A DNA stretch of 64,000 bases from Thermococcus sp. Lineage in GTDB: Archaea > Methanobacteriota_B > Thermococci > Thermococcales > Thermococcaceae. Positions 11,199 to 20,891 of this stretch are shown in pieces. The translations under genes and the position numbers were made by a program. Each line of letters starts with the position of its first letter. The stretch's first letter is position 1. Location: assembly GCA_015520705.1 (NCBI GenBank), contig WAPO01000166.1, positions 726-64,725 of the forward strand. Reading direction: 5' to 3'. Under the pieces are notes generated by a model. That model saw nothing but the letters and a program-made list of their open reading frames with translations, was not told the origin of the DNA and searched no databases.

Positions 11199-11735
11199 TT
11201 ATTTATTTTTCCCATCAATCTTTTTTGATGGGAGGATGGAATCACCACCTTTCCGCAGGTCTTTCACCATTCTGACCCATATCCCGCTCTGTCCTACCTT
11301 CCTGAAGCCGTATTCCTCATAAAAGCGCATGGCTCCCTCGTTCTTCTCGCCAACCCAGAGCTCTATCCTGTCATTGTGCCTGCTTAGATACTCAAGGCAC
11401 TTCTCCATCAGTCTGTGCCCTATCCCGTGCCCCTGATATTTCCTGTCAACGACGAACTCGTGAATCGCCCCGACAACCCTGTCCTCATACCTGCTGAACC
11501 AGTCGTTGTCGCACACGATAAAGCCCGCTATCTCACCGCCTACCTTTGCAACAAAAAAGCCATCTCTGGCCTTATTCCAGCACCATCTGAGATATCTCTT
11601 GGCATAACTCTCTCCCTCTCCGCCATATTCCCGCATCCCCTCATAGCCCCTCATATAAATTTCTATGAGCCTCTCAAGGGTTTCCTGATCGAGCCTTTTG
11701 AGCCTCTCTATCCTAATACCTTCTTCCGTCATCAT
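11199..11735 (-). CDS. GNAT family N-acetyltransferase
   Basis: FVVDRKYQGHGIG (motif A), NEGAMRFYEEYGF. Confidence 0.9.
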   Translation of the reverse strand: MMTEEGIRIERLKRLDQETLERLIEIYMRGYEGMREYGGEGESYAKRYLRWCWNKARDGFFVAKVGGEIAGFIVCDNDWFSRYEDRVVGAIHEFVVDRKYQGHGIGHRLMEKCLEYLSRHNDRIELWVGEKNEGAMRFYEEYGFRKVGQSGIWVRMVKDLRKGGDSILPSKKIDGKNK

Positions 11736-11806
11736 TCTGAATTTGTGGGGATGGATTTATAAAAGCTAACCATCAATCTAAGCTCAGGAAGGAGAAGGTG
11801 GTTTTG

Positions 11807-12337
11807 ATGGGAAGAGCGAAGCCCAAAATCTGTGAGATTTGCGGTGCAACAATAAAAGGGCCCGGACACACGATAAGGATTGAAGGAGCAGAGCTGCTCG
11901 TCTGCGACAGCTGTTACAGGAAATACGGCAGGAAAAAGCCCGGAACATTCAGCGTCATGCCGACGGGACGGGAGCCGAGGAGGAGGACGTATTCAAGGCC
12001 CAGAGTGCAGCAGAAGCCGAGAAGGGAGAGGCCGCTTTATACAGAGGAAATCGTTGAGGATTATGCGGAGAGGGTCATGCGGGCAATCCAGAGGAGCGGA
12101 AAGAGCTATGAACAGCTTTCCCATGAGGTCGGTCTCTCGATGAACGACCTTCGTGCTATAGCGCACGGCTACCGTGAGCCCACCATAAAGGAGGCCAGAA
12201 AGCTGGAGAGGTTTTTCAAGATAACCCTCATCGAACGGGTTGAGGAGATGCCGAGGGAAAAAGCCACGATACCCAAGGAATACGAACCGACCCTCGGGGA
12301 TGTGGCAAATATCAAGATCAGAAAGAGGAAGAAGTGA
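11807..12337 (+). CDS. Archaeal multiprotein bridging factor aMBF1
   Basis: CEICG...VCDSC Zn ribbon, HTH, C-terminal PTLGDV; next to tbp. Confidence 0.92.
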   Translation: MGRAKPKICEICGATIKGPGHTIRIEGAELLVCDSCYRKYGRKKPGTFSVMPTGREPRRRTYSRPRVQQKPRRERPLYTEEIVEDYAERVMRAIQRSGKSYEQLSHEVGLSMNDLRAIAHGYREPTIKEARKLERFFKITLIERVEEMPREKATIPKEYEPTLGDVANIKIRKRKK

Positions 12338-12339
12338 AA

Positions 12340-12738
12340 CTAAGTCCTACTATCTTCCTCTCTTTTGGACTCCTCAGCCTTCCTCTTCTTCGGGGGATGG
12401 AAGCCCTTAAGCTTTTCGAACGTTCCCCACAGCCTGAGGAGCTCCCTGTGCACCTCCGTATCCGGAGGAATAACGAGGATATGCGCCGGGGGATGTATGT
12501 CCATCAGCCTTCCTATCGCCTTTGCAGGCGGGAGGTCTATCTGAGCGACCACGTGAGCATTAAAGCGTTTCCTCGGCTTCTCTCCGGAAATCTTCTCAAA
12601 TGCCCAGTCAGAAAGTGCAGGAGGAATTATCCTTGGAGCTCCTCTGATGCTCATCCCCCCGTATCTCACGAGGTCAGCCAGAGCCGTGCTCGCTTTCTGA
12701 AAGTTGTCAGTCCTTACTAAAACCATCGTGTTTAACAT
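12340..12738 (-). CDS. DUF356 family protein
   Basis: VRTDNFQKASTALADLVRYGG, IHPPAHILVI. Confidence 0.75.
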   Translation of the reverse strand: MLNTMVLVRTDNFQKASTALADLVRYGGMSIRGAPRIIPPALSDWAFEKISGEKPRKRFNAHVVAQIDLPPAKAIGRLMDIHPPAHILVIPPDTEVHRELLRLWGTFEKLKGFHPPKKRKAEESKREEDSRT

Positions 12739-12838
12739 AATCCCACCAGCCCTAACTTCCATCACCTGCTTTTAAGCATGTTGGCTGAAAGCTAAAGCTG
12801 CTAAGGCCTAAAGGTAGAGCTTCACTCTAAAGCTAAAC

Positions 12839-12878
12839 TTTAAAAACCCCTGAGGATAGTTTATAAAGGGTTTTTAAA
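12839..12878. promoter_or_regulatory. Back-to-back divergent TATA elements of the tbp / DUF356 promoters
   Basis: TTTAAAAACCC (12839-12849) and GGGTTTTTAAA (12868-12878) form a perfect 11-bp inverted repeat with a third TTTATAAA between them. Confidence 0.55.
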
Positions 12879-12901
12879 CCCACCATCCGGGGGTGTAATA
12901 C

Positions 12902-13474
12902 ATGGTAGATATGAGCAAGGTAAAGCTTAGGATTGAGAATATCGTCGCCTCTGTGGACCTTTTTACATCGCTAAACCTTGAGAAGGTCATTGAGATTTGT
13001 CCGAACTCAAAGTATAATCCCGAGGAGTTTCCCGGGATAATATGCCGTTTTGATGAGCCTAAAGTTGCACTCCTGATCTTCAGCTCAGGAAAGCTCGTCG
13101 TTACCGGAGCAAAAAGCGTTGAAGACATAGAGAGGGCTGTCCAGAAGCTCATTCAGATGCTCAAGAAGATAGGGGCGAAATTCGCAAGGGCTCCACAGAT
13201 AGACATCCAGAACATGGTTTTCAGCGGGGATATAGGGATGGAGTTCAACCTCGATGCCGTCGCTCTGAGCCTCCCCAACTGTGAATATGAACCAGAGCAG
13301 TTCCCCGGCGTTATCTACCGCGTGAAGGATCCGAGGGCTGTCATTCTGCTGTTCTCATCCGGAAAGATAGTGTGCTCCGGAGCAAAGAGCGAGCACGATG
13401 CCTGGGAGGCCGTAAGGAAGCTCCTCAGGGAGCTTGAGAAATACGGTCTGATTGAGGAAGAGGAGGAGTTCTGA
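12902..13474 (+). CDS. tbp: TATA-box binding protein
   Basis: Two direct repeats (YNPEEFPG / [17 protein letters not shown] / LLFSSGKIV); acidic tail. Confidence 0.98.
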   Translation: MVDMSKVKLRIENIVASVDLFTSLNLEKVIEICPNSKYNPEEFPGIICRFDEPKVALLIFSSGKLVVTGAKSVEDIERAVQKLIQMLKKIGAKFARAPQIDIQNMVFSGDIGMEFNLDAVALSLPNCEYEPEQFPGVIYRVKDPRAVILLFSSGKIVCSGAKSEHDAWEAVRKLLRELEKYGLIEEEEEF

Positions 13475-13483
13475 GGGGGCTGT

Positions 13484-14494
13484 ATGCTCCGCATCTTTTA
13501 TTCCCCTGTTTTTAAAGACCATAGGCCCAGCGTCTATCACCCTGAGAGGCCCGAAAGGCTTGATACTGCTGTAGATGCCCTGAAGGCCCGCGGTCTCTGG
13601 AGAAATGTGGCAGAGCCTGAAATGGCTTCACTGGATGATCTTCTTGAGGTGCATTCCAGGGAATACGTCGAGCGAATACAGAACCTCTCCGGGAGCTTTT
13701 CCATGATTGATCCCGACACATACGTTTCCCCGGGAACTTGGGAGGCGGCGCTGAAGGCTTTTGGAGCTGCCAGAGAAGCAGTTTTTTCTGCATCTGGACA
13801 TAAGGGAATTTATCTCGCCCTCGTCCGGCCTCCAGGACATCATGCCGGAAGAAATGGGAGAGCATTCAGCGCACCGACTCTGGGCTTCTGCATCTTCAAC
13901 AGCGTTGCAGGAGCGGCTAAGCTCGCTGAAGAGCTTGAAGGAGAGGCTGTTGTTATAGACTTCGATGCCCACCACGGCAATGGAACTCAGGAAATTTTCT
14001 GGAAAAACCCGAATGTGATACACATAGACCTCCATGAGAGGGACATCTACCCATGGAGCGGCTACGAGCATGATGCAGGTGGAAGAGGGGCAGAGGGGAG
14101 CAAGATAAACATCCCGATGCCGCACCGCGCCAGAGACGACGACTACATCCTGGCATGGCGAGGAATAGTCCTTCCGATTCTGGAGGAGCTTGAACCGGAG
14201 GTCGTTGTGATTTCAGCGGGCTTTGATGGCTTTCTCGGCGAAAGCCTCACGACCCTCCAGCTTACGGAGAGGTTCTTTTCCTATGCCGGCTCAACGCTCT
14301 CCTCTTACTCCCTCGCTGTGATCCTTGAGGGAGGTTACTCCTCCGGGCTGAAGAAAGGGCTGCCGGCTTTTATTGACGGTTATCTCCACGGCGATATTCA
14401 GGAAGAGCCCATAAAACCTAGCTATGAGGCGATAAGGGCTGTTGAAACCGTAGCCGAAATCCAGAGCGAGTGGTGGGGAGTGCGGCTTACCTAA
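13484..14494 (+). CDS. Histone deacetylase / acetylpolyamine amidohydrolase family protein
   Basis: HPERPERL, RPPGHHA, GFCIFN, DFDAHHGNGTQ, SAGFD, LEGGY. Confidence 0.93.
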   Translation: MLRIFYSPVFKDHRPSVYHPERPERLDTAVDALKARGLWRNVAEPEMASLDDLLEVHSREYVERIQNLSGSFSMIDPDTYVSPGTWEAALKAFGAAREAVFSASGHKGIYLALVRPPGHHAGRNGRAFSAPTLGFCIFNSVAGAAKLAEELEGEAVVIDFDAHHGNGTQEIFWKNPNVIHIDLHERDIYPWSGYEHDAGGRGAEGSKINIPMPHRARDDDYILAWRGIVLPILEELEPEVVVISAGFDGFLGESLTTLQLTERFFSYAGSTLSSYSLAVILEGGYSSGLKKGLPAFIDGYLHGDIQEEPIKPSYEAIRAVETVAEIQSEWWGVRLT

Positions 14495-14562
14495 GGCACG
14501 CTAGTGCATAATTTATGACACTTGGGCAACTCACCAAAAAGACAAAGGAATAAGCGGGGCCA

Positions 14563-15180
14563 TCAAAGCCCCAGAATATTCTTAGCGGCCTTTATTCCAA
14601 GGTCGAAGGCTTTCATGTTCATATCAACGGCCTTCGGCGGAACGCTGAGCCTTATGACCTCCCTGACGTGCTCCGCATCGAGCGGGAACTCTGGAACCTG
14701 CGTTAGAGCACCGATGAGAACGGTGTTGGTTGTAACGACGTGCCCAGCCTTTATTGCAAGCTCCTCAGCGTTGAAGCCTATCCACTTGGCCTTGAACTCT
14801 TCCTCGACTATCTTCCGTATCTCCCCTAACTCAGGATAGCGGGCCTTGCCCATCGAAACCTGAACCGGAACGATGGGTTTGGTGTTGACGACGACCATTC
14901 CGCCCTGTTTGAGGTAGTTGATATACCTGAGAGCCTCGACCGGCTCGAATCCGATGATGACATCACCCTTTCCTTCAGGAACCATCGAGCCGTAAACCTC
15001 GTCGCCGAAGCGCACGTAGGAAACGACGCTTCCAAAGCGCTGGCTCATTCCGTGAACCTCACCCATCCTCACCTTGTAGCCGGCGTGAAGGGCGGCCCAG
15101 CCAAGGATGTTGGCAGCGGTCAAAACACCCTGGCCTCCGACACCGGTGATGACTATGTTGTACTCCTTAATCGGCTTCAT
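14563..15180 (-). CDS. iorB: Indolepyruvate:ferredoxin oxidoreductase beta subunit
   Basis: [21 protein letters not shown]. Confidence 0.95.
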   Translation of the reverse strand: MKPIKEYNIVITGVGGQGVLTAANILGWAALHAGYKVRMGEVHGMSQRFGSVVSYVRFGDEVYGSMVPEGKGDVIIGFEPVEALRYINYLKQGGMVVVNTKPIVPVQVSMGKARYPELGEIRKIVEEEFKAKWIGFNAEELAIKAGHVVTTNTVLIGALTQVPEFPLDAEHVREVIRLSVPPKAVDMNMKAFDLGIKAAKNILGL

Positions 15181-17114
15181 TCCTCTCCCCCCTCGGGCTT
15201 GAAGGCATCAAATGGACAGATCTGCGCACATCCGCCGCAGCCCCAGCACATGCTGGGCTCGATCCTCGCCTGCTTCTTCTCCTCGTCCCAGTAGATGGCC
15301 GGACAGCCGTAGGCGTTGATACATATCTTACAGCCTGTACAGGCATCCTCATCGACGTAGTAGATTGGCCACTTCTCGCCCCTGCGCCTCATCTGGCCTA
15401 TCCTGTAGAGGGCACAGACCTGTCTTGAGACAACGACGCTGACTCCTTCGACCTCAAGAGCCTTCTTTACAGTCTCGTAGGTGGCCTTTATGTCATAGGG
15501 GTCAACAACTGCCACGAAGTCGGCACCCATAGCCTTTGCAACGTCCTCTATCGGGATCCTCTTACCTGGGCCGTGCGGCGTTTGTCCAGTGCTCGGGTTC
15601 GGCTGGTCGCCGGTCATTGCCGTGACAAGGTTGTCGAGGACGACTATGAGCACGTTGGACCTGTTGTAGATGGCATTTGCCAAGGCGGGAAGACCTGTGT
15701 GATAGAAGGTTGAGTCACCTATGGTGGCAACGATGGCCTTCTTCTCCTTCTTCCTCCCCTCCTCACTTAAGCTTCCGTGCTGAGCTATCTCAAGGCCGTG
15801 GGCGATGCCGATTGAGCCGCCCATCGCGACGGTGGTGTCAACCGCATTGAGCGGCGGGAGCAGACCGAGGGTGTAACAGCCTATGTCGCTTGGATAGATG
15901 CCCCTGGCGCGGGTGGCCTTTTTTATGGCATAGAAGCTGTTCCTGTGCGGACATGCCGGGCACAGTGAAGGTGGTCTCGGCGGGACTATCTCAAGGGCCT
16001 TGCTGTACTTTGCATCGAGCTCCTCATAGTTGAGAGGGGTCTCGATTCCAAGGAACTGGGCTATAGCAGTCACAGCCCTCCTGGTGGTCATCTCATAGAT
16101 GCGTGGAACGAGATCCTTTCCGTGGATAGGTATTCTAAGCCCCTTATCGTAGGCCCAGGTCTTGACCTGCTCCTCAACTACCGGTTCGAGCTCCTCGACA
16201 ATGAGAACCTTCTCGAGGCCGTCCATGAACTTCTCAAGCAGACCGTAGGGAACCGGGAATGGGGTTCCGAGCTTGAGAACCTTGACGTTCTCAACACCGA
16301 GCCAGTGAAGTGCCTCCTTAACGTAAGAGTAACTCAGGCCCGGAGCGATTATGCCAACCTTAGCATCTTCCTTACCTTCTATCCAGTTGAATGGACAGTC
16401 GCTGAGCTCCTCCCTAATGCGTTCGATCTTCTCAAGTATCTGCGGATGGAACTCTCTTGAGTGAGCAGGGATTGCAACAAATCTCTTTGGGTTCTTCTGG
16501 AATTTTCCGAATTTTCTTTTTCCACTCTTTATTTCCTCTGGAAGCTCGCCGAGAACGACGTCGCCCCTTGCGTGGGAGCTCCTTGTGGTTGTCCTGAGAA
16601 TGACAAAGTGCTTGAACTTTTCGCTCAGATCAAAGGCATATTTTACCATTTCCTTGGCTTCTTGGGGTGAGCTCGGTTCAAGGGCAGGAACGTTGGCAAA
16701 TTTTGCATAAACCCTTGTGTCCTGCTCGTTCTGACTGCTCCATTGACTCGGATCGTCGGCGACCATTATAACGAAGCCACCCTCGACACCCATGCCAACA
16801 GAGCTGAGGAATGTATCCGCCGCAACATTAAGTCCAACGTGCTTCATTGCCGTCATTGCCCTGACACCTGTCCAGGCGGCAGCTAACGCTGTTTCAAAGG
16901 CGATCTTCTCGTTGGTTGAATACTCCATATAAACCCCGGCCTTTTTGGCAACGATAGCCATAGTGTCGGTTAGCTCTGAACTTGGAGTTCCAGGATAGGC
17001 GGCAAAAACCGCTATGTTGGCCTCAAGGGCACCCCTGGCTATCGCCTGGTTGCCCAGCAGCAAAACCTTCTCCCCGGGTTTATCCCATAAAACCATGTCC
17101 GTAACCTTCGCCAT
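15177..17114 (-). CDS. iorA: Indolepyruvate:ferredoxin oxidoreductase alpha subunit
   Basis: [37 protein letters not shown] motif, two C-terminal 4Fe-4S motifs. Confidence 0.96.
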   Translation of the reverse strand: MAKVTDMVLWDKPGEKVLLLGNQAIARGALEANIAVFAAYPGTPSSELTDTMAIVAKKAGVYMEYSTNEKIAFETALAAAWTGVRAMTAMKHVGLNVAADTFLSSVGMGVEGGFVIMVADDPSQWSSQNEQDTRVYAKFANVPALEPSSPQEAKEMVKYAFDLSEKFKHFVILRTTTRSSHARGDVVLGELPEEIKSGKRKFGKFQKNPKRFVAIPAHSREFHPQILEKIERIREELSDCPFNWIEGKEDAKVGIIAPGLSYSYVKEALHWLGVENVKVLKLGTPFPVPYGLLEKFMDGLEKVLIVEELEPVVEEQVKTWAYDKGLRIPIHGKDLVPRIYEMTTRRAVTAIAQFLGIETPLNYEELDAKYSKALEIVPPRPPSLCPACPHRNSFYAIKKATRARGIYPSDIGCYTLGLLPPLNAVDTTVAMGGSIGIAHGLEIAQHGSLSEEGRKKEKKAIVATIGDSTFYHTGLPALANAIYNRSNVLIVVLDNLVTAMTGDQPNPSTGQTPHGPGKRIPIEDVAKAMGADFVAVVDPYDIKATYETVKKALEVEGVSVVVSRQVCALYRIGQMRRRGEKWPIYYVDEDACTGCKICINAYGCPAIYWDEEKKQARIEPSMCWGCGGCAQICPFDAFKPEGGEE

Positions 17115-17125
17115 CCAAAATCACC

Positions 17126-18499
17126 TCATTCCTCCTTTATAACTCCGGTATTTCTGGCAAACTCCGCAAGCGCATAGGCGGCTGAGGCCACATCCTCCGG
17201 CCGCTCATAGCTCGGGATTCCATTCTTCTCAAGAACCTCCTTGGCGGGCTCGCTAACGTAGCCAGCCATAAACAGACCGAGAACCGGCTTGCCATTGTTG
17301 ACCTCCTTCATGGCCTTGATAACTCCCTCAGCATGCTCCGTCTGTGTCATTCCGGCAAAAGTCGGGACGACACAAATTGCTATGAGCATATCGACATTTG
17401 GATCGCTCAAAAGGAGCTTTGCAGTCCTGTAGTAGTCCTCTCCTCTGGCGCTTGCTATCATATCCACAGGATTCTTAACAGCCGCCATCGGCGGAAGGAA
17501 CGAGCGGAGTTCCTCAATCGTCTTCTCCTCAAGATTCGCGAGCTTCAGACCGTACCTATCAATTGCATCGGCCGTCAGGACTCCCGGGCCGCCGGCATTG
17601 GTCATTATTGCAACCCTCTTCCCTCTGGGCAGGGGCTGGGTGAATGCCCTCGCCATGCTGAGCATGTCGTCAATTGTTTCGGCGACAAGAACCCCGCTCT
17701 GCTTGAAAGCAGCTTCATAAATGCGCCAGCTTCCTGCGAGAGAGCCTGTGTGGCTTGATGCAGCTCTCGCGCCGCTCTCGCTCTTCCCCGCCTTGAGAAC
17801 TATGACGGGTTTTTTTCTGCTGACTTCCTTTGCAACCCTCATGAAGCGCCTTCCATCTTTCAGACCCTCAATGTAAAGCGCTATGGCCTTGCTCTGCTCG
17901 TCATCTGCCAGCGCTTCCATTAAATCCGCAAAATCCAGATCCGCCATGTTTCCTATGCTCACAAACTTTGAGAAGCCTATCCCCTCTTTAATCGTCTTGT
18001 AGAGGATTCCGGCACCAAGGGCTCCGCTCTGGCTGATGAAGGCTATATCTCCCTTCTTGGCGTTCATGACAAATGTGGCGTTCATGCTGTTGTGGGTGTT
18101 CATTATCCCAACGCAGTTCGGGCCGACTATTCTCATCCCGTAGTTGTGGGCTATCTCGACGAGCCCGCGCTCCTCCTTCTTTCCTTCTTCGCCGACCTCG
18201 CCGAAGCCGGCTGTGATAAGGATTATTCCCTTGACGCCCTTCTCACCGCAGTCGATTACTGTCTGCTTGACGAAGCGTTTTGGAACCACTATAACTGCGA
18301 GCTCCACCTCATCGGGTATCTCTCTGATGTTTTTGTAGGCTTTAATGCCCTGAACGACTTCATCTTTGACATTTACTGGATAAACCTTTCCATCTTTATA
18401 ACTCCTGAGATTTTTGAAGACTTCATAACCGAGCTTGAGAGGATCATTTGAAGCTCCTATAACGGCAATAGCCTTTGGCGTGAAGAAATAGTCAAGCAT
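17126..18499 (-). CDS. ADP-forming acyl-CoA synthetase (acetate-CoA ligase) alpha subunit
   Basis: AVIGAS, GPNCVG, SQSGALG, SHTGSLAG phospho-His, NAGGPG; co-operonic with iorAB. Confidence 0.93.
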   Translation of the reverse strand: MLDYFFTPKAIAVIGASNDPLKLGYEVFKNLRSYKDGKVYPVNVKDEVVQGIKAYKNIREIPDEVELAVIVVPKRFVKQTVIDCGEKGVKGIILITAGFGEVGEEGKKEERGLVEIAHNYGMRIVGPNCVGIMNTHNSMNATFVMNAKKGDIAFISQSGALGAGILYKTIKEGIGFSKFVSIGNMADLDFADLMEALADDEQSKAIALYIEGLKDGRRFMRVAKEVSRKKPVIVLKAGKSESGARAASSHTGSLAGSWRIYEAAFKQSGVLVAETIDDMLSMARAFTQPLPRGKRVAIMTNAGGPGVLTADAIDRYGLKLANLEEKTIEELRSFLPPMAAVKNPVDMIASARGEDYYRTAKLLLSDPNVDMLIAICVVPTFAGMTQTEHAEGVIKAMKEVNNGKPVLGLFMAGYVSEPAKEVLEKNGIPSYERPEDVASAAYALAEFARNTGVIKEE

Positions 18500-18777
18500 T
18501 TTTACAATCACCGTATCGAACCTCGGTGAAAGTCTATATAAGCTTTCCTAAGGAGTGCTATGAGGCATTTTTGGGCACGAATAGGTAAAAACAAAGCTTC
18601 AATGAGCATAAAAAAGCATCAATGAATAAAAACAGAAAAAAGACTGGGCCTTCTCTTTTAGCAGTAATAGTAAATACCGTGGAATATCCAAGCTCCACTT
18701 GAGAACATGGTGATAACACCAATAACAGTATAATAGTGCTGAAAATAGCAACATAACATTTAAATATATGAATTGAT

Positions 18778-18801
18778 GTTACTATATTCGAATTTAGTAA
18801 C
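18778..18801. promoter_or_regulatory. 24-bp near-perfect palindrome just downstream of a TATA box
   Basis: GTTACTATATTCGAATTTAGTAAC has one mismatched pair; TTTAAATATA lies at about 18759-18768. Confidence 0.6.
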
Positions 18802-18816
18802 ATGGAGGATGGAGTT

Positions 18817-18963
18817 ATGAATTATGAAGCTTGCACAGGCTGTAGCCAATATCCGAGGATAACTAGAGATGCCCTGTTTTTAGAGTTCAATGCTGAGAAT
18901 GGTGATTATGTAGGGTATGACAGTGCTGATATCCCACCAGAATCAATATTGCTTAAGTGTTAG
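18817..18963 (+). CDS. Small 48-aa CxxC protein (not in ORF track)
   Basis: GGAGGA RBS, then ATG 18817. MNYEACTGCSQYPRITRDALFLEFNAENGDYVGYDSADIPPESILLKC*; the stop abuts the RBS of the next gene. Confidence 0.55.
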   Translation: MNYEACTGCSQYPRITRDALFLEFNAENGDYVGYDSADIPPESILLKC

Positions 18964-18978
18964 GGATAGGTGATCAAT

Positions 18979-19719
18979 ATGGGGATGAAAGAAGAAATCA
19001 GGAACTATTGGAATTTAAGGGCATATACTTTTGATAGTTCCCCAAGCCATGTATCTTTACCAGAAGTCTGGAGAGAAATATTAAGCGATGTGTTCAGAGA
19101 TAAACTCAAAATACTTGATGTCGGAACAGGAACAGGCTTCATAGCTTTGAGGCTTGCTGAGCTCGGCCATAAGGTTGTAGGGGTTGATTTCTCGAAGAAT
19201 ATGCTAAAGATTGCAGAAAAAAAGGCAGAAAAAGCCGGGCTTAAAATTGAGTTTATCCATGGGGATGCAGAAAAATTGCCTTTTAGGGATGGATCTTTTG
19301 ATGCTGTGATATGCAGGCATCTCCTCTGGACACTGCCAAATCCCCAAAAAGCTGTAGCTGAATGGAGTAGAATTGTACGAGAAGGAGGAAAAGTGGTTGT
19401 GATTGAGGGGAGATGGGAAAACAGATCAAAGATTAGAAGCATGCTAAGGGATATTGCGGTTCTCCTTCATGAACGACATAATCCATGGAAAATCGAGCAT
19501 TATAGGAAGGAGATAATTAAATACCTCCCTCTCTACGGCGGTTCCAGCTCAGAGAGAATTGTTGAGCTATTTGAGAACGCTGGTCTTTCGCGAATCTCAG
19601 TAAGAGACCTGAGATGGATTAGGGAACTACAGAGAATGAGTCTCCCTCCTCTCTATCGCATTGCATGGAATAATAGAGAATACTTCCTCGTAGAAGGTTA
19701 TAAGGAGGTGAAAAAATGA
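18979..19719 (+). CDS. Class I SAM-dependent methyltransferase
   Basis: ILDVGTGTGF, GDAEKLPF, FDAVICRHLLWTLP. Confidence 0.92.
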   Translation: MGMKEEIRNYWNLRAYTFDSSPSHVSLPEVWREILSDVFRDKLKILDVGTGTGFIALRLAELGHKVVGVDFSKNMLKIAEKKAEKAGLKIEFIHGDAEKLPFRDGSFDAVICRHLLWTLPNPQKAVAEWSRIVREGGKVVVIEGRWENRSKIRSMLRDIAVLLHERHNPWKIEHYRKEIIKYLPLYGGSSSERIVELFENAGLSRISVRDLRWIRELQRMSLPPLYRIAWNNREYFLVEGYKEVKK

Positions 19720-20891
19720 AAAAATTAATCTTGTTGCTAGTTTTTTTGCTTATTTCTAGCATCCTCAGTGCAGGGTGCATTGGAGAGAAGGGTACAATGA
19801 ATCCAACCGAAAACACACATCCTTCGGCGGTAACTTCAGAAAAGAAGTCTATAGTCATAACAGATTTGGTAGGAAGAGAAGTAATGGTCAAAGTGCCAGT
19901 CGAAAGAGTTGTCCTTCTCTATGGACTGGAAGACTATGCCGCAGTCGGTGGAGAGGATGCCTTGAAAAGGCTTGTAGGCATAAACGCTTGGAGATACAAG
20001 AAGTACAGGCCTGACTGGTGGCAGTATTGGGTCAGGAATTATCCAGAAATAAAAGAACTACCAGATGTTGGACAACCCGGGAAAAGCTTCAAGGCTGAAG
20101 AGGTTATAGAACTTAAGCCAGATGTTGTTATAGCGGATGCTTCTATGTACAAGTATATGCAGGAAGACGTAAAGAGATTTGAAAAGGCAGGAATACCGAT
20201 TGTTTTTACTGATTATTTTCCGCATAGTGATAATATCGATGAGCTATTTGAAGAAGCTAAGAGGAGCACTATGATACTTGGAAAGCTTTTAGGAAAAGAG
20301 GATCGGGCTCAAAAGCTTGTGCAGTTTTTTGAAGATCAGTTTAATATTGTTCTGAACAGGACAGAGAACATTAAAAACAGACCAAAAGTTATTGTGTTTG
20401 CTACATGGTCTCAATGGAGGGCATATGGAAAGAAGGGAATGTACAACTTCTGGATAAAATTAGCGGGAGGCAGAAATATAGCTGAGAATATATCCGGTTT
20501 CAGTGGTGATGTAAATCCTGAGTTTGTGATCAGAGAAAATCCCGATGTTATAGTTTTCACATGCAACAATAACTTTCCAAGCGGACAGAGAGTTGCCATA
20601 GGCTACACAGTTGATAATACGAGCACAGCTAAGAAGGCATTAAAAGAGCTGATAAACAGACCCGGATGGCAAGATCTAAAGGCAATACAGGATAGGAGGG
20701 TTTACCTCATCCATCATGGAATCTCCCATGGGCACATATTTGAGTTTGTATGCCTCCAATACATAGCAAAGTGGCTTCATCCAGAGTTATTCGGAGATTT
20801 AAATCCAGAAAAAAACCTGAAGAAGTTTTACGATGAATTTATGCCGTATCCACTTAAAGGGATATGGGCTGTTGGGCTTAAGGATCCATGA
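19716..20891 (+). CDS. Metal-chelate (iron/cobalamin/nickel-type) ABC transporter substrate-binding lipoprotein
   Basis: Lipobox LSAGC; TDLVGREV, EEVIELKPDVVI, VNPEFVIRENPDVIV, WLHPELF. Confidence 0.88.
   Translation: MKKLILLLVFLLISSILSAGCIGEKGTMNPTENTHPSAVTSEKKSIVITDLVGREVMVKVPVERVVLLYGLEDYAAVGGEDALKRLVGINAWRYKKYRPDWWQYWVRNYPEIKELPDVGQPGKSFKAEEVIELKPDVVIADASMYKYMQEDVKRFEKAGIPIVFTDYFPHSDNIDELFEEAKRSTMILGKLLGKEDRAQKLVQFFEDQFNIVLNRTENIKNRPKVIVFATWSQWRAYGKKGMYNFWIKLAGGRNIAENISGFSGDVNPEFVIRENPDVIVFTCNNNFPSGQRVAIGYTVDNTSTAKKALKELINRPGWQDLKAIQDRRVYLIHHGISHGHIFEFVCLQYIAKWLHPELFGDLNPEKNLKKFYDEFMPYPLKGIWAVGLKDP

Noticed and set aside
18558-18803. 81-aa hydrophobic minus-strand ORF in AT-rich DNA
   Set aside because: No RBS; overlaps the islet promoter and dyad. 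At most a decayed remnant.
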